Shown in pieces: positions 47,932-58,356 of a stretch of DNA of 64,000 nt. The notes under the pieces were generated by a model. The model had not been told where the DNA came from, did no database searches, and saw only the letters and a list, made by a program, of their open reading frames with translations. Positions within the stretch are counted from its first letter, which is position 1; each line of letters begins with the position of its first letter. Both the position numbers and the translations under genes were made by a program. Origin of the DNA: an uncultured Acidobacteriota bacterium (GTDB taxonomy: Bacteria; Acidobacteriota; UBA6911); assembly GCA_963809485.1 (NCBI GenBank), contig CAWEJX010000020.1:768001-832000 (forward strand), given 5' to 3'.

Positions 47932-49515
47932 TCATCCTATCGAATCTCGAATTTCGTGTTTCGAATCCTCAGGGGCTTTCCGAAGAGGGATCCTCAAGGT
48001 AAAGGTGCTGCCTTTGCCGGGTTCGCTATGCACTTTGACTTCCCCGCCGTGCATTTCCGCCACATTCTTGGTGATGGCCAGTCCAATGCCGCTGCCCCGT
48101 ATGCGCCGGATGGACGGTTCACTTCCGCGATAAAACTTGTCGAAGATTCTTGACTGCTCCGACGCAGGAATGCCGATTCCTCTGTCACGGACCGAAAGGT
48201 CCACAAATCCGTCGGCCTTCCTGACGCTCACGTCGATCTGTTTCTGATCTCCCGAATACTTGATGGAATTGTCCAGCAGGTTGAGAAACGCCATGATAAT
48301 CGAATTGGGATCAGCGTAGGAATCGGGTATGTCCGGGTCCACATCGAGAGTCACCTGGAAACCGTCCTTTTGAGCCTCATGCCCGTAGGCCTCCAGGGCC
48401 TTGGCCGCAATCTGCCCTATGTTGGTTTTCTCGAAATACCCGGGCTTCGCTCCCCGCACAAGGTTGGCGAAATCGAGCAGGTTGTTTATGAGCCGGGACA
48501 TGCGGTCGCTTTCGTTGTGGATAATCCGGTAATACTCGGCCCGTTTTTCTTCGTTTTTCACCCTCCCCATGACCAGAATTTCGCTGAACATTCGTATCAG
48601 AGAAAGAGGGGTCTTCAATTCGTGGCTGACGTTGCTGATAAAATCCTCCTTCAGCCGGCGGAGTTGCCGGTCGCGCCTCCATGCAATATAAATGACGGCG
48701 AGGCTTATAAAAGTCAGCGACATGCTCAGGATGATGAGCAGCAGGTTCGTGCGCCGCTGGTTCTCCATGCCCAGCTCGATCTCGGTATAGTTGCGCGGCA
48801 CTATCTGCAGAATCCATTTGTAAAGCGTGGACGGGAACCTGGTTTCAAAAAAGTACTTCGAGGACCGGGACAGGGGTTGGCCGTAGACCCCGTTGTTTTC
48901 AAAGTCCACGACGCTCACATAGAATTTGTCCTGTAAATCCCTCAAATGCCGGTCCAGCAGTGCCGCAATCTTGTCGAAATTCATCTGGTAACAGACCAGG
49001 ATGCGCGATCCGCTGCGGGTTTCTTTCAGGATATAGGTGGCGAAAAAATAGTTGTTCGGCCTTTCCATGTGCAGATGATGCGGTTGATTGAGGGCGATCT
49101 CGTCAAGGTCAAGGTCTTTCACCTTGAAGCTGGAGAGGAACGCCCCCCACTGGTTCCGGATTTCGTAGGAATAGGGCGGATACAGCGGATAGTTGCTCGG
49201 TGGCCTCAGGAAATAGACCTGGTCCACGTTGAGATCGGCATTTTTGATAGCCTCTACCATGGCCGGCCATTTTGAAGGCTCGTCGACATCGACCATCTCC
49301 GAAAGGATGCGGTCGTTGTCGACAAGTCTCTGCTCGATCCGGTCCACATACTGCGTCGCGAGCTTGATATTGCTCTGTACCAGAGATGTCTCGGCCACGT
49401 TTGCGCGTCCGACGGTGTAATAATAGCTGACAAAGCTCAAAGCCGCGGTTGAGACGACAATCAGGCCGATCGCAATGAAGGTAACAAGCGTGTTGTGAAG
49501 GAATGGCACTTTCAT
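47932..49515 (-). CDS. Membrane sensor histidine kinase
   Basis: Two TM helices; SHELKTPL H-box, NLLDNSIKY, DRGIG, GIGL. Confidence 0.95.
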   Translation of the reverse strand: MKVPFLHNTLVTFIAIGLIVVSTAALSFVSYYYTVGRANVAETSLVQSNIKLATQYVDRIEQRLVDNDRILSEMVDVDEPSKWPAMVEAIKNADLNVDQVYFLRPPSNYPLYPPYSYEIRNQWGAFLSSFKVKDLDLDEIALNQPHHLHMERPNNYFFATYILKETRSGSRILVCYQMNFDKIAALLDRHLRDLQDKFYVSVVDFENNGVYGQPLSRSSKYFFETRFPSTLYKWILQIVPRNYTEIELGMENQRRTNLLLIILSMSLTFISLAVIYIAWRRDRQLRRLKEDFISNVSHELKTPLSLIRMFSEILVMGRVKNEEKRAEYYRIIHNESDRMSRLINNLLDFANLVRGAKPGYFEKTNIGQIAAKALEAYGHEAQKDGFQVTLDVDPDIPDSYADPNSIIMAFLNLLDNSIKYSGDQKQIDVSVRKADGFVDLSVRDRGIGIPASEQSRIFDKFYRGSEPSIRRIRGSGIGLAITKNVAEMHGGEVKVHSEPGKGSTFTLRIPLRKAPEDSKHEIRDSIG

Positions 49516-49762
49516 ATTCGTCAGATATTCTACTCTGAGTGTGCGAAAGACACAGCCGGGAATTGCGTAGGCGTTTGTTGCCGTAAGCCGGAATGGGCTC
49601 ACGCGGAGACGCGGAGGCCGCGGAGCTTTAGATTGCTTTCCTCCCCAGCCTCCGCGTCTTCGCGGGCATCAGCCCTTACAGCGATAATTGGGACACCGGA
49701 AAAACAACGATCAGGCAATGCCCTGCCGGTTGACAGCGCCTGTTCTGTTTTTAGCTATAAGA

Positions 49763-50218
49763 TTAGCGTTTGCTGGCGGATGCCCGGGTGGAATCGTCCG
49801 TAGAGGAACTCTTTTCCTTTTTGTCGAGCAGAGCGATGTCCCCGACCCCGGAACGCTTAGCGATATCGAGAAGGACAAAAACGTCGCCGTAGGCCAGAGA
49901 GGAATCTCCGCGGATGAACATGTTTTTAACAGCCCGGCGGCGAAAAACTTCGGTGAGAGTGCTCTCGAGCTTTTCCAGGGTGATGGGCTGGGAATTAAGA
50001 CGGACCGTGTGGTCCAAATCCATATCCACTATGATGGAATCGGGCTTTACATCCTTCGGCTGTGTTTTCGGCGCTGGCTGAGGCACGCGAACCGGATGCT
50101 CGTGCTGTTTGAGGGGAGCCGCCACCATGAAGATGATCAGCAGCACCAGGAGGATATCGATATAAGGGGTTATATTGATGTCCGACTGAAGCCCCTTTTT
50201 CCCAACGGTCATGCTCAT
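49763..50218 (-). CDS. exbD: Biopolymer transport protein ExbD/TolR
   Basis: DINITPYIDILLVLLIIFMV; FIRGD. Confidence 0.92.
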   Translation of the reverse strand: MSMTVGKKGLQSDINITPYIDILLVLLIIFMVAAPLKQHEHPVRVPQPAPKTQPKDVKPDSIIVDMDLDHTVRLNSQPITLEKLESTLTEVFRRRAVKNMFIRGDSSLAYGDVFVLLDIAKRSGVGDIALLDKKEKSSSTDDSTRASASKR

Positions 50219-50262
50219 GCGATTTATACTCCTGAATCCGGGCCGTTCACGCCGGATTCCGC

Positions 50263-51432
50263 TCAGTATAGCCGGAAAGAAACCTCTATATTAGCCTGCA
50301 CGTCCACAGGATTTCCGTTATAGGTGCCCGGCTTGAAACGCCATTTTGTCGCGATCGTGTTAATGGCCGATTCATCCAGTCCGTAGCCTAATCCCCTCAG
50401 AACCTTGAAGCTGTCCACGGTACCGTCTTTTCGAATAATCGCCTGGATAAGCACAATGCCCTCGGCTCTGGCCTTTCGGGCTTCCTCGGTATAGGCAGGC
50501 AACGGCTGCAGGAGAACCACGGGAGGCTTCACTCCGCCCCCGACCACATATGGCCCGTGGCCGCTTCCGATCCCTCCGCCCGAACCGCCGCCCATGCCGC
50601 CTCCACTGCCCGGACCTACGCCGGCACCAGTGCCGGGACCGACTCCCGTGCCGCGCCCGGTGCCTATTCCGCCGCCGCTGCCCGGCCCGGAAGACATGGA
50701 GTTATTGGGAGGAGCGGAAATGTCGCCGATGGGCAGCGATTGGTCCTGGGGGATGTCAATCGGCATCTGGACGCTTGGCACCTGCGCCAGCAGGTCCTCT
50801 GCAGGCATCAGAGGCTGGGGATTCTCCGGATCAGGCGGAATCATCTGCACACGCGTAGTTTCGGGCATTCGTCCGGTCGCAGGCGGCTCCGGCTGGTTTT
50901 TGCCGCCGCCTCCCCCGCCTCCGCCATCCCTGCCGTCCCCTTCATAAGGCGAAAAAATCGGATTATTCACAAACACAACATTCTCGTTCTCGGGAACAAG
51001 GTTCTCTTTTTCATGGATCGCCACGAAAATCAGGCCCAAAAAAGCGATGTGAACGAAAAGAGAAAGCATCCCGGCTTCCATCTTTCGCGTGCGCACCTGG
51101 GCCCGCTCCAGGCGCAACCCTTCAGGATCGGAAAAGACCGAGGGGATGAAAAGCGGATTCCTGAAGCCAGTAAATATATCGGCAAAAAACTCCCTCCAGC
51201 TGAAAGGAGTTTTGGGATCTGTGTCCAGATAGTGAAAGAGCGACGGCCTGGTATGGGGCGCTTTCCATTCCTGAACAATGGCGCGGATAGGATGGCGCAA
51301 AAAGCTCCAATCAATATCCTGCCATACGCTGGTTTCGGGAGTGTCCTTAATGTAATGAAAAAGAGAAGCCTGTGTACGCTCGCCCGAAAAGCGCTTAAAT
51401 ACCAACCGGGTTTTGCTGCTGCTTTCCGTCAT
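50263..51432 (-). CDS. TonB family energy transducer (Gly-rich, Acidobacteria type)
   Basis: TM segment SLFVH, Gly/Pro-rich linker, YTEEARKARAEG...WRFKPG C-terminal domain. Confidence 0.9.
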   Translation of the reverse strand: MTESSSKTRLVFKRFSGERTQASLFHYIKDTPETSVWQDIDWSFLRHPIRAIVQEWKAPHTRPSLFHYLDTDPKTPFSWREFFADIFTGFRNPLFIPSVFSDPEGLRLERAQVRTRKMEAGMLSLFVHIAFLGLIFVAIHEKENLVPENENVVFVNNPIFSPYEGDGRDGGGGGGGGKNQPEPPATGRMPETTRVQMIPPDPENPQPLMPAEDLLAQVPSVQMPIDIPQDQSLPIGDISAPPNNSMSSGPGSGGGIGTGRGTGVGPGTGAGVGPGSGGGMGGGSGGGIGSGHGPYVVGGGVKPPVVLLQPLPAYTEEARKARAEGIVLIQAIIRKDGTVDSFKVLRGLGYGLDESAINTIATKWRFKPGTYNGNPVDVQANIEVSFRLY

Positions 51433-51763
51433 CTGAATTATCTTCCGCTCAGTTGGAAGGGCTTCCTTCCAGTTTGCCTACTATCCGGTTGATCCCTGTC
51501 CCCATAAACAAACCCATACCACTCTTTCATCGAATCGTTAGATGCAATCCAATGTTAATGGTATCACTAAAATTTGTCTTTGGCGGGTGTTCAAGGATAC
51601 AAATTTTTGGAGGACGCTCAAATTGCGCAATCCGCTTCCTCAATGACCTGCACAGGATCGGCTGCCAGATCAAGAATCCTAAGCCCTGCATTTTACCATC
51701 GCGGATTCATGTCGTCCAGAAACAAAATGCCTTTGAGTCACTGAAAGCTCAGGGCTTGTGGAT

Positions 51764-51855
51764 TTGGGATTCCGGATTCGAGATCTGCAATCGAGGATCG
51801 GAGGTTCGCGATTCGGGATTCGAGGTCAAATCCGAATCCTGAATCGCGAGCCTCG
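51764..51855. repeat. Heptamer (GATTCGR-like) tandem array with inverted arm
   Basis: GGATTCCGGATTCGAGATC...GATTCGGGATTCGAG...CCGAATCCTGAATCGCGAG. Confidence 0.6.
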
Positions 51856-52061
51856 AGTCAGGCTTGAAAGATTGGAACCGCTCAAAGCGGTTGGAGGAGT
51901 TATGCTGGTCTTGAACGCTGACTTACGCGGGCAAAAGCCGATGAGGCGCTTCCGATCCCCGCCGAACAAATCGTTTGTCAGCGTATCTCAGCGTTTCAAA
52001 ATACGAAGCTGTCAAACTCTATGAGTCCCCCGGCAGAGCCGAGAGTTTACCAATAGAATTA
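51856..52061. mobile_element. Palindromic element copy 6 (left hairpin and core deleted)
   Basis: AGTCAGG joined to CTTGAAAG; CCGATCCCCG joined to CCGAACAAAT; ends ...AATAGAATTA. Confidence 0.8.
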
Positions 52062-52068
52062 AATCGTT

Positions 52069-54561
52069 CTAATTTTTCAACGCCGGCGATCCTTCAGAGC
52101 GGATGCGCATTCCATAGAAGGAACGATAAACGAAAACCATGGCAACCAGCAGGAACACGCCTGCCATGAAGAGAGTGCTTCCGGAGGCGGTTTTGGACAT
52201 ACTCACGGCCAACTCCACGGCCAGCAGCCCGAACAGAGTCGTGAACTTGATCACGGGATTCATGGCGACCGAAGAAGTATCCTTGAAAGGATCGCCCACT
52301 GTGTCCCCGATAACCGTTGCGGCGTGAAGCGCAGTCCCTTTCTCCTTCAGCTCCACCTCGACGATTTTCTTGGCGTTATCCCAGGCAGCGCCGGCATTGG
52401 CCATGAAAATGGCCTGGAACAAACCGAAGAGGGCGATCGAGATGAGGTAGCCGATAAAAAAGAAGGGCTCAACGAAAGCAAAGGCAAGCGTCGAAAAGAA
52501 GACTGTCAGGAAGATGTTGAACATTCCCTTTTGGGCATAGCGCGTGCAGATCTCGACAACCTTTTTGCTGTCGCTCACCGAAGCCTTCTCCACCCCTTCA
52601 AGCCGGATATTGGCCTTGATGAACTCAACCGCCCGGTAGGCTCCCGTACTTACCGCCTGAGTCGATGCGCCGGTGAACCAGTAAATGACAGCGCCGCCCG
52701 TAATCAGGCCGAGAAGGAACTGGGGATGCAGCAGCGACAGTTTGTCAAGATTTGTGCGGAGACCTTCCGTCAACAATACAATGATGGAAAAGATCATCGT
52801 CGTGGCGCCTACGACAGCCGTTCCGATCAGCACGGGTTTGGCGGTCGCCTTGAAGGTATTGCCGGCCCCATCGTTTTCCTCCAGCAGCTCTTTGGCCTTT
52901 TCGAAATTGACGTCGAACCCGTGGTCCTTCTTGAGCTCCTTTTTGACATCGGGTATCTGCTCAATCAGCGAAAGTTCAAAAACCGATTGGGCGTTGTCGG
53001 TCACCGGCCCGTAGGAATCGACAGCGATGGTAACAGGCCCCATACCCAAAAATCCGAAGGCGACGAGACCGAAGGCAAAAACAGCCGGCGCCAGCATCAA
53101 CGCCCCCAGCCCCATGGTGCTGACGATATAGGCGACCGACATAAGGCCCACGATGGCCATTCCCAGCCAGTACGCGCTGAAATTGCCGGCAATAAAGCCC
53201 GACAGGATTCCAAGAGATGCCCCGCCTTCGCGGCAGGAAGTCACCACCTCACGGACATGGCGGGATTCCGTGGAGGTGAATACCTTCACAAGCTCCGGGA
53301 TTACGGCGCCTGCCAGCGTACCGCAGGTAATTACGGTCGAAAGCTTCCACCAGAGCGAACCATCGCCCAGACTTCCGATGAGGACATAGGAAACCACGTA
53401 GGTAATGGCCACAGAGACGAAAGATGTCAGCCAGACCAGGAAGGTCAGCGGCGCCTCGAAATTCATCTTGGTAGCCTTCCGGTACCGGGCCTTGGCGATC
53501 GCCTCATTGATCAGATAGCTGAGTCCGCTTGCCACGATCATCATGATGCGCATGACAAAGATCCATACGAGCAGCTGGATCTGCACCACTTCCTGGGGAA
53601 CGGCAAGGAGGATGAAGGAAATCAGCGCCACGCCGGTGACCCCGTAAGTCTCAAAGCCGTCGGCCGTTGGCCCAACCGAATCGCCCGCGTTGTCACCCGT
53701 GCAGTCCGCGATAACTCCGGGATTGCGGGCATCGTCTTCCTTGATCTTAAACACAATCTTCATGAGATCGGAGCCGATGTCTGCGATCTTGGTAAAAATG
53801 CCGCCCGCGATTCGCAGCGCCGCAGCGCCCAGGGACTCGCCGATGGCGAAACCGATGAAACAGTTGCCGGCATAATCACCGGGGATAAACAGCAGGATGC
53901 AGAGCATTATGAACAATTCGACGCTGATCAGGGCCATTCCGATGCTCATGCCAGACTTCAGGGGGATGGAATAGCAGGGGAACGGTTTGCCATCGAGGCT
54001 CGCAAAAGCAGTGCGCGAATTGGCCAAAGTATTGATGCGGATGCCGAACCATGCCACCCCGTAGCTTCCGCCAATCCCTATCAGGCTGAAAATTAAAATG
54101 ATAGCAACCTTTATGGGCGTGAAATGCTGAAGCACTCCGAAATAAATCAGCATGATGATGCCGATGAATATTTCGAGGATTAATATGAACTTGCCTTGAG
54201 TAATCAGGTATGTTTTGCAGGTTTCGTAAATAAGTTCGGAGATCTCGCGCATGGCGCGGTGCACAGGAAGCTTTTTGAGCTGGTTAAAAATGATCAATCC
54301 GAAAAGAAGCCCAAGGATGCATACAATAAGCCCTACCATTAGAAGGGACCGGGCATTAATACCGTGGAAATGCACCTTGCCCAAGTCCGGGAGAACAAGC
54401 GATGCTTCGCCTCCCGAATGGGAAGCGGCAGCCTGGGCCGGTTCGGGTGTCTGAGCGACGGCACCGGGCAGGGCCGCCAGGCCAATTAAAATCATCGAAA
54501 GGATTACAGCCCACGTCCGGGCTATTCTCCTCCGGGAACCGCAAATATCGGTCGTTACCAT
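52069..54561 (-). CDS. hppA: Membrane-bound ion-pumping pyrophosphatase
   Basis: GGIFTKIADIGSDL, EDDARNP, GDNAGD, DSYGPVTDNA, GNTFKA, WDNAKK, GDTVGDPFKD. Confidence 0.96.
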   Translation of the reverse strand: MVTTDICGSRRRIARTWAVILSMILIGLAALPGAVAQTPEPAQAAASHSGGEASLVLPDLGKVHFHGINARSLLMVGLIVCILGLLFGLIIFNQLKKLPVHRAMREISELIYETCKTYLITQGKFILILEIFIGIIMLIYFGVLQHFTPIKVAIILIFSLIGIGGSYGVAWFGIRINTLANSRTAFASLDGKPFPCYSIPLKSGMSIGMALISVELFIMLCILLFIPGDYAGNCFIGFAIGESLGAAALRIAGGIFTKIADIGSDLMKIVFKIKEDDARNPGVIADCTGDNAGDSVGPTADGFETYGVTGVALISFILLAVPQEVVQIQLLVWIFVMRIMMIVASGLSYLINEAIAKARYRKATKMNFEAPLTFLVWLTSFVSVAITYVVSYVLIGSLGDGSLWWKLSTVITCGTLAGAVIPELVKVFTSTESRHVREVVTSCREGGASLGILSGFIAGNFSAYWLGMAIVGLMSVAYIVSTMGLGALMLAPAVFAFGLVAFGFLGMGPVTIAVDSYGPVTDNAQSVFELSLIEQIPDVKKELKKDHGFDVNFEKAKELLEENDGAGNTFKATAKPVLIGTAVVGATTMIFSIIVLLTEGLRTNLDKLSLLHPQFLLGLITGGAVIYWFTGASTQAVSTGAYRAVEFIKANIRLEGVEKASVSDSKKVVEICTRYAQKGMFNIFLTVFFSTLAFAFVEPFFFIGYLISIALFGLFQAIFMANAGAAWDNAKKIVEVELKEKGTALHAATVIGDTVGDPFKDTSSVAMNPVIKFTTLFGLLAVELAVSMSKTASGSTLFMAGVFLLVAMVFVYRSFYGMRIRSEGSPALKN

Positions 54562-54899
54562 TGTATATTCTCCTGAATGTTCAACGGGACGCGAACGTCA
54601 CAGCATGTATCGTAATACCAAACATAAATGAAGGGGGGGATTATACCTCAGGTCCCGCCTGGAAATTGCGACGATTTATTGCATTTTTCCAATAATCTGC
54701 CTGCTCTCAGTTTGCACTGCGCCAGCCTGATAGATATCTTCTCAGGGACTTCGTCAGTTTTTGCACCCTGCCTTTGCCATTGTTATCAGATTTCATCAGC
54801 ATCTTTTTCAGTGCAGATCTGCTTTAGTTTGTCCCAGGGCGGTCAAAATGGGCCAGTCTCCCGCCGAAGCCGGAGATTGCCCATGCATTCCCGATGCCT

Positions 54900-55436
54900 T
54901 TATGAAAAGGCCAGGCGGCAAACAATGATGGCGGTTATAAGACTGACGATATCGGCAACCAGCCCCGAAATGACAGCGTGGCGGGCCTTTTTTATGCCCA
55001 CGGCCCCAAAATATACTGCAAGAACATAAAAAGTGGTCTCGGTGCTGCCATATGCGGAAGCAGCCAGGCGCCCGATGAAAGAGTCGGGGCCGTGAACCTT
55101 GATGAGTTCTGTCACGATTCCCATGGACCCGCTTCCCGACAATGGACGCATGATGGCAAGCGGCAGGATCTCAGCCGGGAACCCGACGCGGCGCAACACG
55201 GGATCCAGCCACTGGGAGAGCATATCGATCGCCCCGGCGCCTCGCAGCATCCCGACTGCCACAAGAATCGCAACCAAGTAGGGAATGATGCGAATCGCCA
55301 TCTGGAATCCGCCCTTGGCTCCTTCCACGAAACTCTCATAGACCTTTACTTTCCTAAAGGCGCCGTAAATCGGGACACCCACCAAAAACAATGGGATTGC
55401 CCAAACCGACAGTGTGCCGAGAATGTGCTGGATCAT
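54900..55436 (-). CDS. spmB: SpmB-like membrane protein
   Basis: VYESFVEGAKGG, RPLSGSG, GSTETTFYVLAVYFG. Confidence 0.93.
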   Translation of the reverse strand: MIQHILGTLSVWAIPLFLVGVPIYGAFRKVKVYESFVEGAKGGFQMAIRIIPYLVAILVAVGMLRGAGAIDMLSQWLDPVLRRVGFPAEILPLAIMRPLSGSGSMGIVTELIKVHGPDSFIGRLAASAYGSTETTFYVLAVYFGAVGIKKARHAVISGLVADIVSLITAIIVCRLAFS

Positions 55437-56047
55437 GACGATTTCCTTGAAAATCCGCGGTCGGCGGAAAAAATTGGCAGTTTCTCCAGAATTTTTACGG
55501 CGGTCACACCTAAGACCAGTGCACTAAAGCTCGCTGCCAGTGTGGTTCCAATGATGGCAGTCGGGTCCTTCGAGCCGGCGGACGCCATGATGCTGATCAT
55601 TGTGGCCGGTATCAGTTGAAGCCCGGCCGTATTGATGGTTAGAAACGTGCACATGGCATTGGTGGCGACTCCAGGCCGGCTATTCAGAGTTTCGAGATCC
55701 TCCATTGCCTTCAAACCGAGAGGGGTGGCGGCGTTGCTCAAACCCAGCATGTTGGCAGCAATGTTCATCGTCATGCTTCCCATAGCCGGGTGGCCTGCCG
55801 GGACATCGGGAAATAGCCGCCTCAAAATCGGCGCGATAGCTTTTGCAAGCAGCGACATCAACCCGGAATCCTCTGCTATTTTCACAATTCCCAGCCACAG
55901 CGCCATCACGCCTACTAGCCCGATTGCGACGGCCACACTGGCGCCTGCGGACTCAATCGCCGATTTTGTGACATTTTCGATTTTGCCGTTGATTCCTCCC
56001 AGCACTACGGCAAGAATAATCATGCCAAGCCAAATATAGTTGAGCAT
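55433..56047 (-). CDS. spmA: SpmA-like membrane protein
   Basis: MLNYIW, ANMLGLSNAATPLGLKAM, INTAGLQLIP. Confidence 0.93.
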   Translation of the reverse strand: MLNYIWLGMIILAVVLGGINGKIENVTKSAIESAGASVAVAIGLVGVMALWLGIVKIAEDSGLMSLLAKAIAPILRRLFPDVPAGHPAMGSMTMNIAANMLGLSNAATPLGLKAMEDLETLNSRPGVATNAMCTFLTINTAGLQLIPATMISIMASAGSKDPTAIIGTTLAASFSALVLGVTAVKILEKLPIFSADRGFSRKSS

Positions 56048-56107
56048 AATCCGGTCTCCATTGCTTTAGGGATTCAGGACTCTACGGCACGTATCTTAGC
56101 ACCTGAT

Positions 56108-57031
56108 ATGAATATTCCGACCATCCAACCGCCAAGATTAAAAACAGGAGACACCATCGCCATAGTGGCGCCCGCGAGTACCATCCATCAAAGGGATGGA
56201 TTTGAACGCGGCATACTTGCCCTGGAGGGAATGGGCTTCCGCGTGCGTTTTGGTGACCGTATATTCCAATCGCTCCGCTATCTTGCGGGCGATGATGTTT
56301 CCAGGGCGGAAGAGCTCATGAAAGCCTTTGAAGATCCCGCCATACAGGGAATCGTCGCGCTTCGTGGAGGCTACGGATGCTCCCGCCTGATCCAGCACCT
56401 CATGGAAAGACGATTGCGCCATAATCCCAAAGTGTTCATGGGCTTCAGCGATCTGACCACCTTGCACCTTTTTTTCCGGCGGCGCTTTGGCTGGATCACC
56501 ATCCACGGGCCAATGGCTGCTACCATCGGAAATATTGCCGCGGATCAGGAAAGCCATTTGTTTTCGCTGTGGACAGATCCCGGCTACTGTCCAAAGCTAA
56601 GTTTCCAACAGCTTGAATGCTGGTCTCCGGGAACTGCCGAGGGAAGCCTGGCCGGAGGGTGCCTATCGATTGTGGCGGCAAGCATCGGAACGCCCTACGA
56701 AATCAAGACAGAGGGAAAGATATTGTTTCTGGAGGACCAGGGTGAACCTCCCTTCCGGCTTGACCGCATGATTACCCACCTTTGCCTTGCAGGCAAACTT
56801 CAGTCGGCCGCAGGACTGCTTCTGGGTAGTTTCGCGGATTGCGAGCCCGATCAGGGCGGTTACACCGCCCTGGAAACGCTAAGGGATATTTTGCGCGGCC
56901 TCGACATACCGATTCTGGCCAATTTCCCGGGCGGACACGGCCCGGACAATTGGGCGATCCCGCTGGGCGCGAGAGTTCGCATCGATGCCGATGCACGATT
57001 CATTGAATTTCTCGACCCGGCTGTCTGTTGA
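56108..57031 (+). CDS. ldcA: LD-carboxypeptidase (peptidase S66)
   Basis: RGGYG, GFSDLT (Ser), LED (Glu), GH (His). Confidence 0.93.
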   Translation: MNIPTIQPPRLKTGDTIAIVAPASTIHQRDGFERGILALEGMGFRVRFGDRIFQSLRYLAGDDVSRAEELMKAFEDPAIQGIVALRGGYGCSRLIQHLMERRLRHNPKVFMGFSDLTTLHLFFRRRFGWITIHGPMAATIGNIAADQESHLFSLWTDPGYCPKLSFQQLECWSPGTAEGSLAGGCLSIVAASIGTPYEIKTEGKILFLEDQGEPPFRLDRMITHLCLAGKLQSAAGLLLGSFADCEPDQGGYTALETLRDILRGLDIPILANFPGGHGPDNWAIPLGARVRIDADARFIEFLDPAVC

Positions 57032-57339
57032 CGGCCGAATGTCGAAGAACAGCTTCCCCTGCCCCCTGATCCCGGATCTGCCCAACGATGCGATTTCTTC
57101 AGAAAAGTCGGCGGATTACCGATGCATACGGAGAGGATTCCTATGGGTTCCCATGAAGTGTAGGAGTCTTCGCGAATTGGCTCAAGTTTCGGGCGACATC
57201 TGCCGGCCGATTCGCAGATAATTTGAACAACGGGCTTTACAGCGAAGGTGAAAGTCTGATACATTTCTGTGCTTGGATCTCCCCCCAGCTTCATCCGAGC
57301 ATTTGGTCCGCGGCCCTTTATGCGGATTGAGAACGATTT

Positions 57340-58047
57340 ATGAACCTGCACGGGTCGATAACTGAGCTTCAGGACAGGATATCTAAGCTGTATCTTAAGC
57401 ATGAACAGCAGTTTAGCGAGAATAGCCTAATCCGCGATCTCTGGAGCGCAATGGCAAAGGATGTCGCCCAGCAGACCAGTAGCCTGGATGCGTTGCCGGT
57501 TCCTTTCTGGAATGAGCTGAAAAAAGGCCAGGACGGGTTATTCGAAGCCATTCAGGCTGCACGACAATCTCAAATTATTGAAAACAAAGAGGATTTATCG
57601 CTCCGGGGGTGTTTTGCGAAGACGCTATCGATTGAGGAGCCCACAATCCTGAAAGTTTATGTCCCAATTATCCGCAAACTCAGGGAAAACTGGACAGACC
57701 ATGCGCTGGATTTTTACATCATGGTCAAAGCCCATTTAGCCAGGATAGTGCGCATAACGGCATCCTATTCCGGGGATCCGCTTCTGATGCAACGGTCCAA
57801 TGTGTTGCTGACAAACTTCGAAAGAGAAGTTCAGGAGCCTCATATCGCGATTCTTCCTTCCATAAACCACATCCGTGCAGCCAAGCCTGCTGCGCCTGCG
57901 AAAACAAGCCAAAAAACAAAGGCCAGACACGCCGCCAAAGCGCCTAAAAAGGCTCATTCGCCTATTAAACACGCCAAAATCCGCGCGGGCCGGTCAAAAT
58001 CAATCGCCGCCAAGGTGAGCCTCCGCCGCCGGCGTGCCCGCCGCTGA
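57340..58047 (+). CDS. Hypothetical helical protein with Lys/Ala/Arg-rich C-terminal tail
   Basis: Clean ORF; tail AAKPAAPAKTSQKTKARHAAKAPKKA...RRRRARR. Confidence 0.75.
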   Translation: MNLHGSITELQDRISKLYLKHEQQFSENSLIRDLWSAMAKDVAQQTSSLDALPVPFWNELKKGQDGLFEAIQAARQSQIIENKEDLSLRGCFAKTLSIEEPTILKVYVPIIRKLRENWTDHALDFYIMVKAHLARIVRITASYSGDPLLMQRSNVLLTNFEREVQEPHIAILPSINHIRAAKPAAPAKTSQKTKARHAAKAPKKAHSPIKHAKIRAGRSKSIAAKVSLRRRRARR

Positions 58048-58254
58048 TTTCCGGTCCGTATTTCAGCAAAATCCCTGCCGAAGCATGATTGACCATAATA
58101 GTTTCCACTGACTGCAGATTTTACGTCGCGGATTACAGGTTTCGAGCTTTGATGCACCCAGCATTGAGAGTGCGTATCCTGACCTTGAGCACGGGGGTGA
58201 GAATTCTTTGAGCAATAGGCACTAAAGATGAATCATGGTTTTCCGCGTCGCAGG

Positions 58255-58283
58255 TTGATTTTTTGTATGTCCGTCCACATACT
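58255..58283 (+). promoter_or_regulatory. Candidate sigma70 promoter for the ClpX-like gene
   Basis: TTGATT-N17-CATACT. Confidence 0.4.
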
Positions 58284-58356
58284 TTAAATATAGGACTAAA
58301 AATAGGACAGCCAGGGACTGGAGAATGAGGACCCGGGCGGTTTGGGGAGGTTTATA

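Noticed and set aside
52324-54096. 590-aa + strand ORF and similar long antisense ORFs (7451, 8199, 44024, 50557, 30530)
   Set aside because: Shadow frames opposite well-supported genes, expected from GC-rich codon usage
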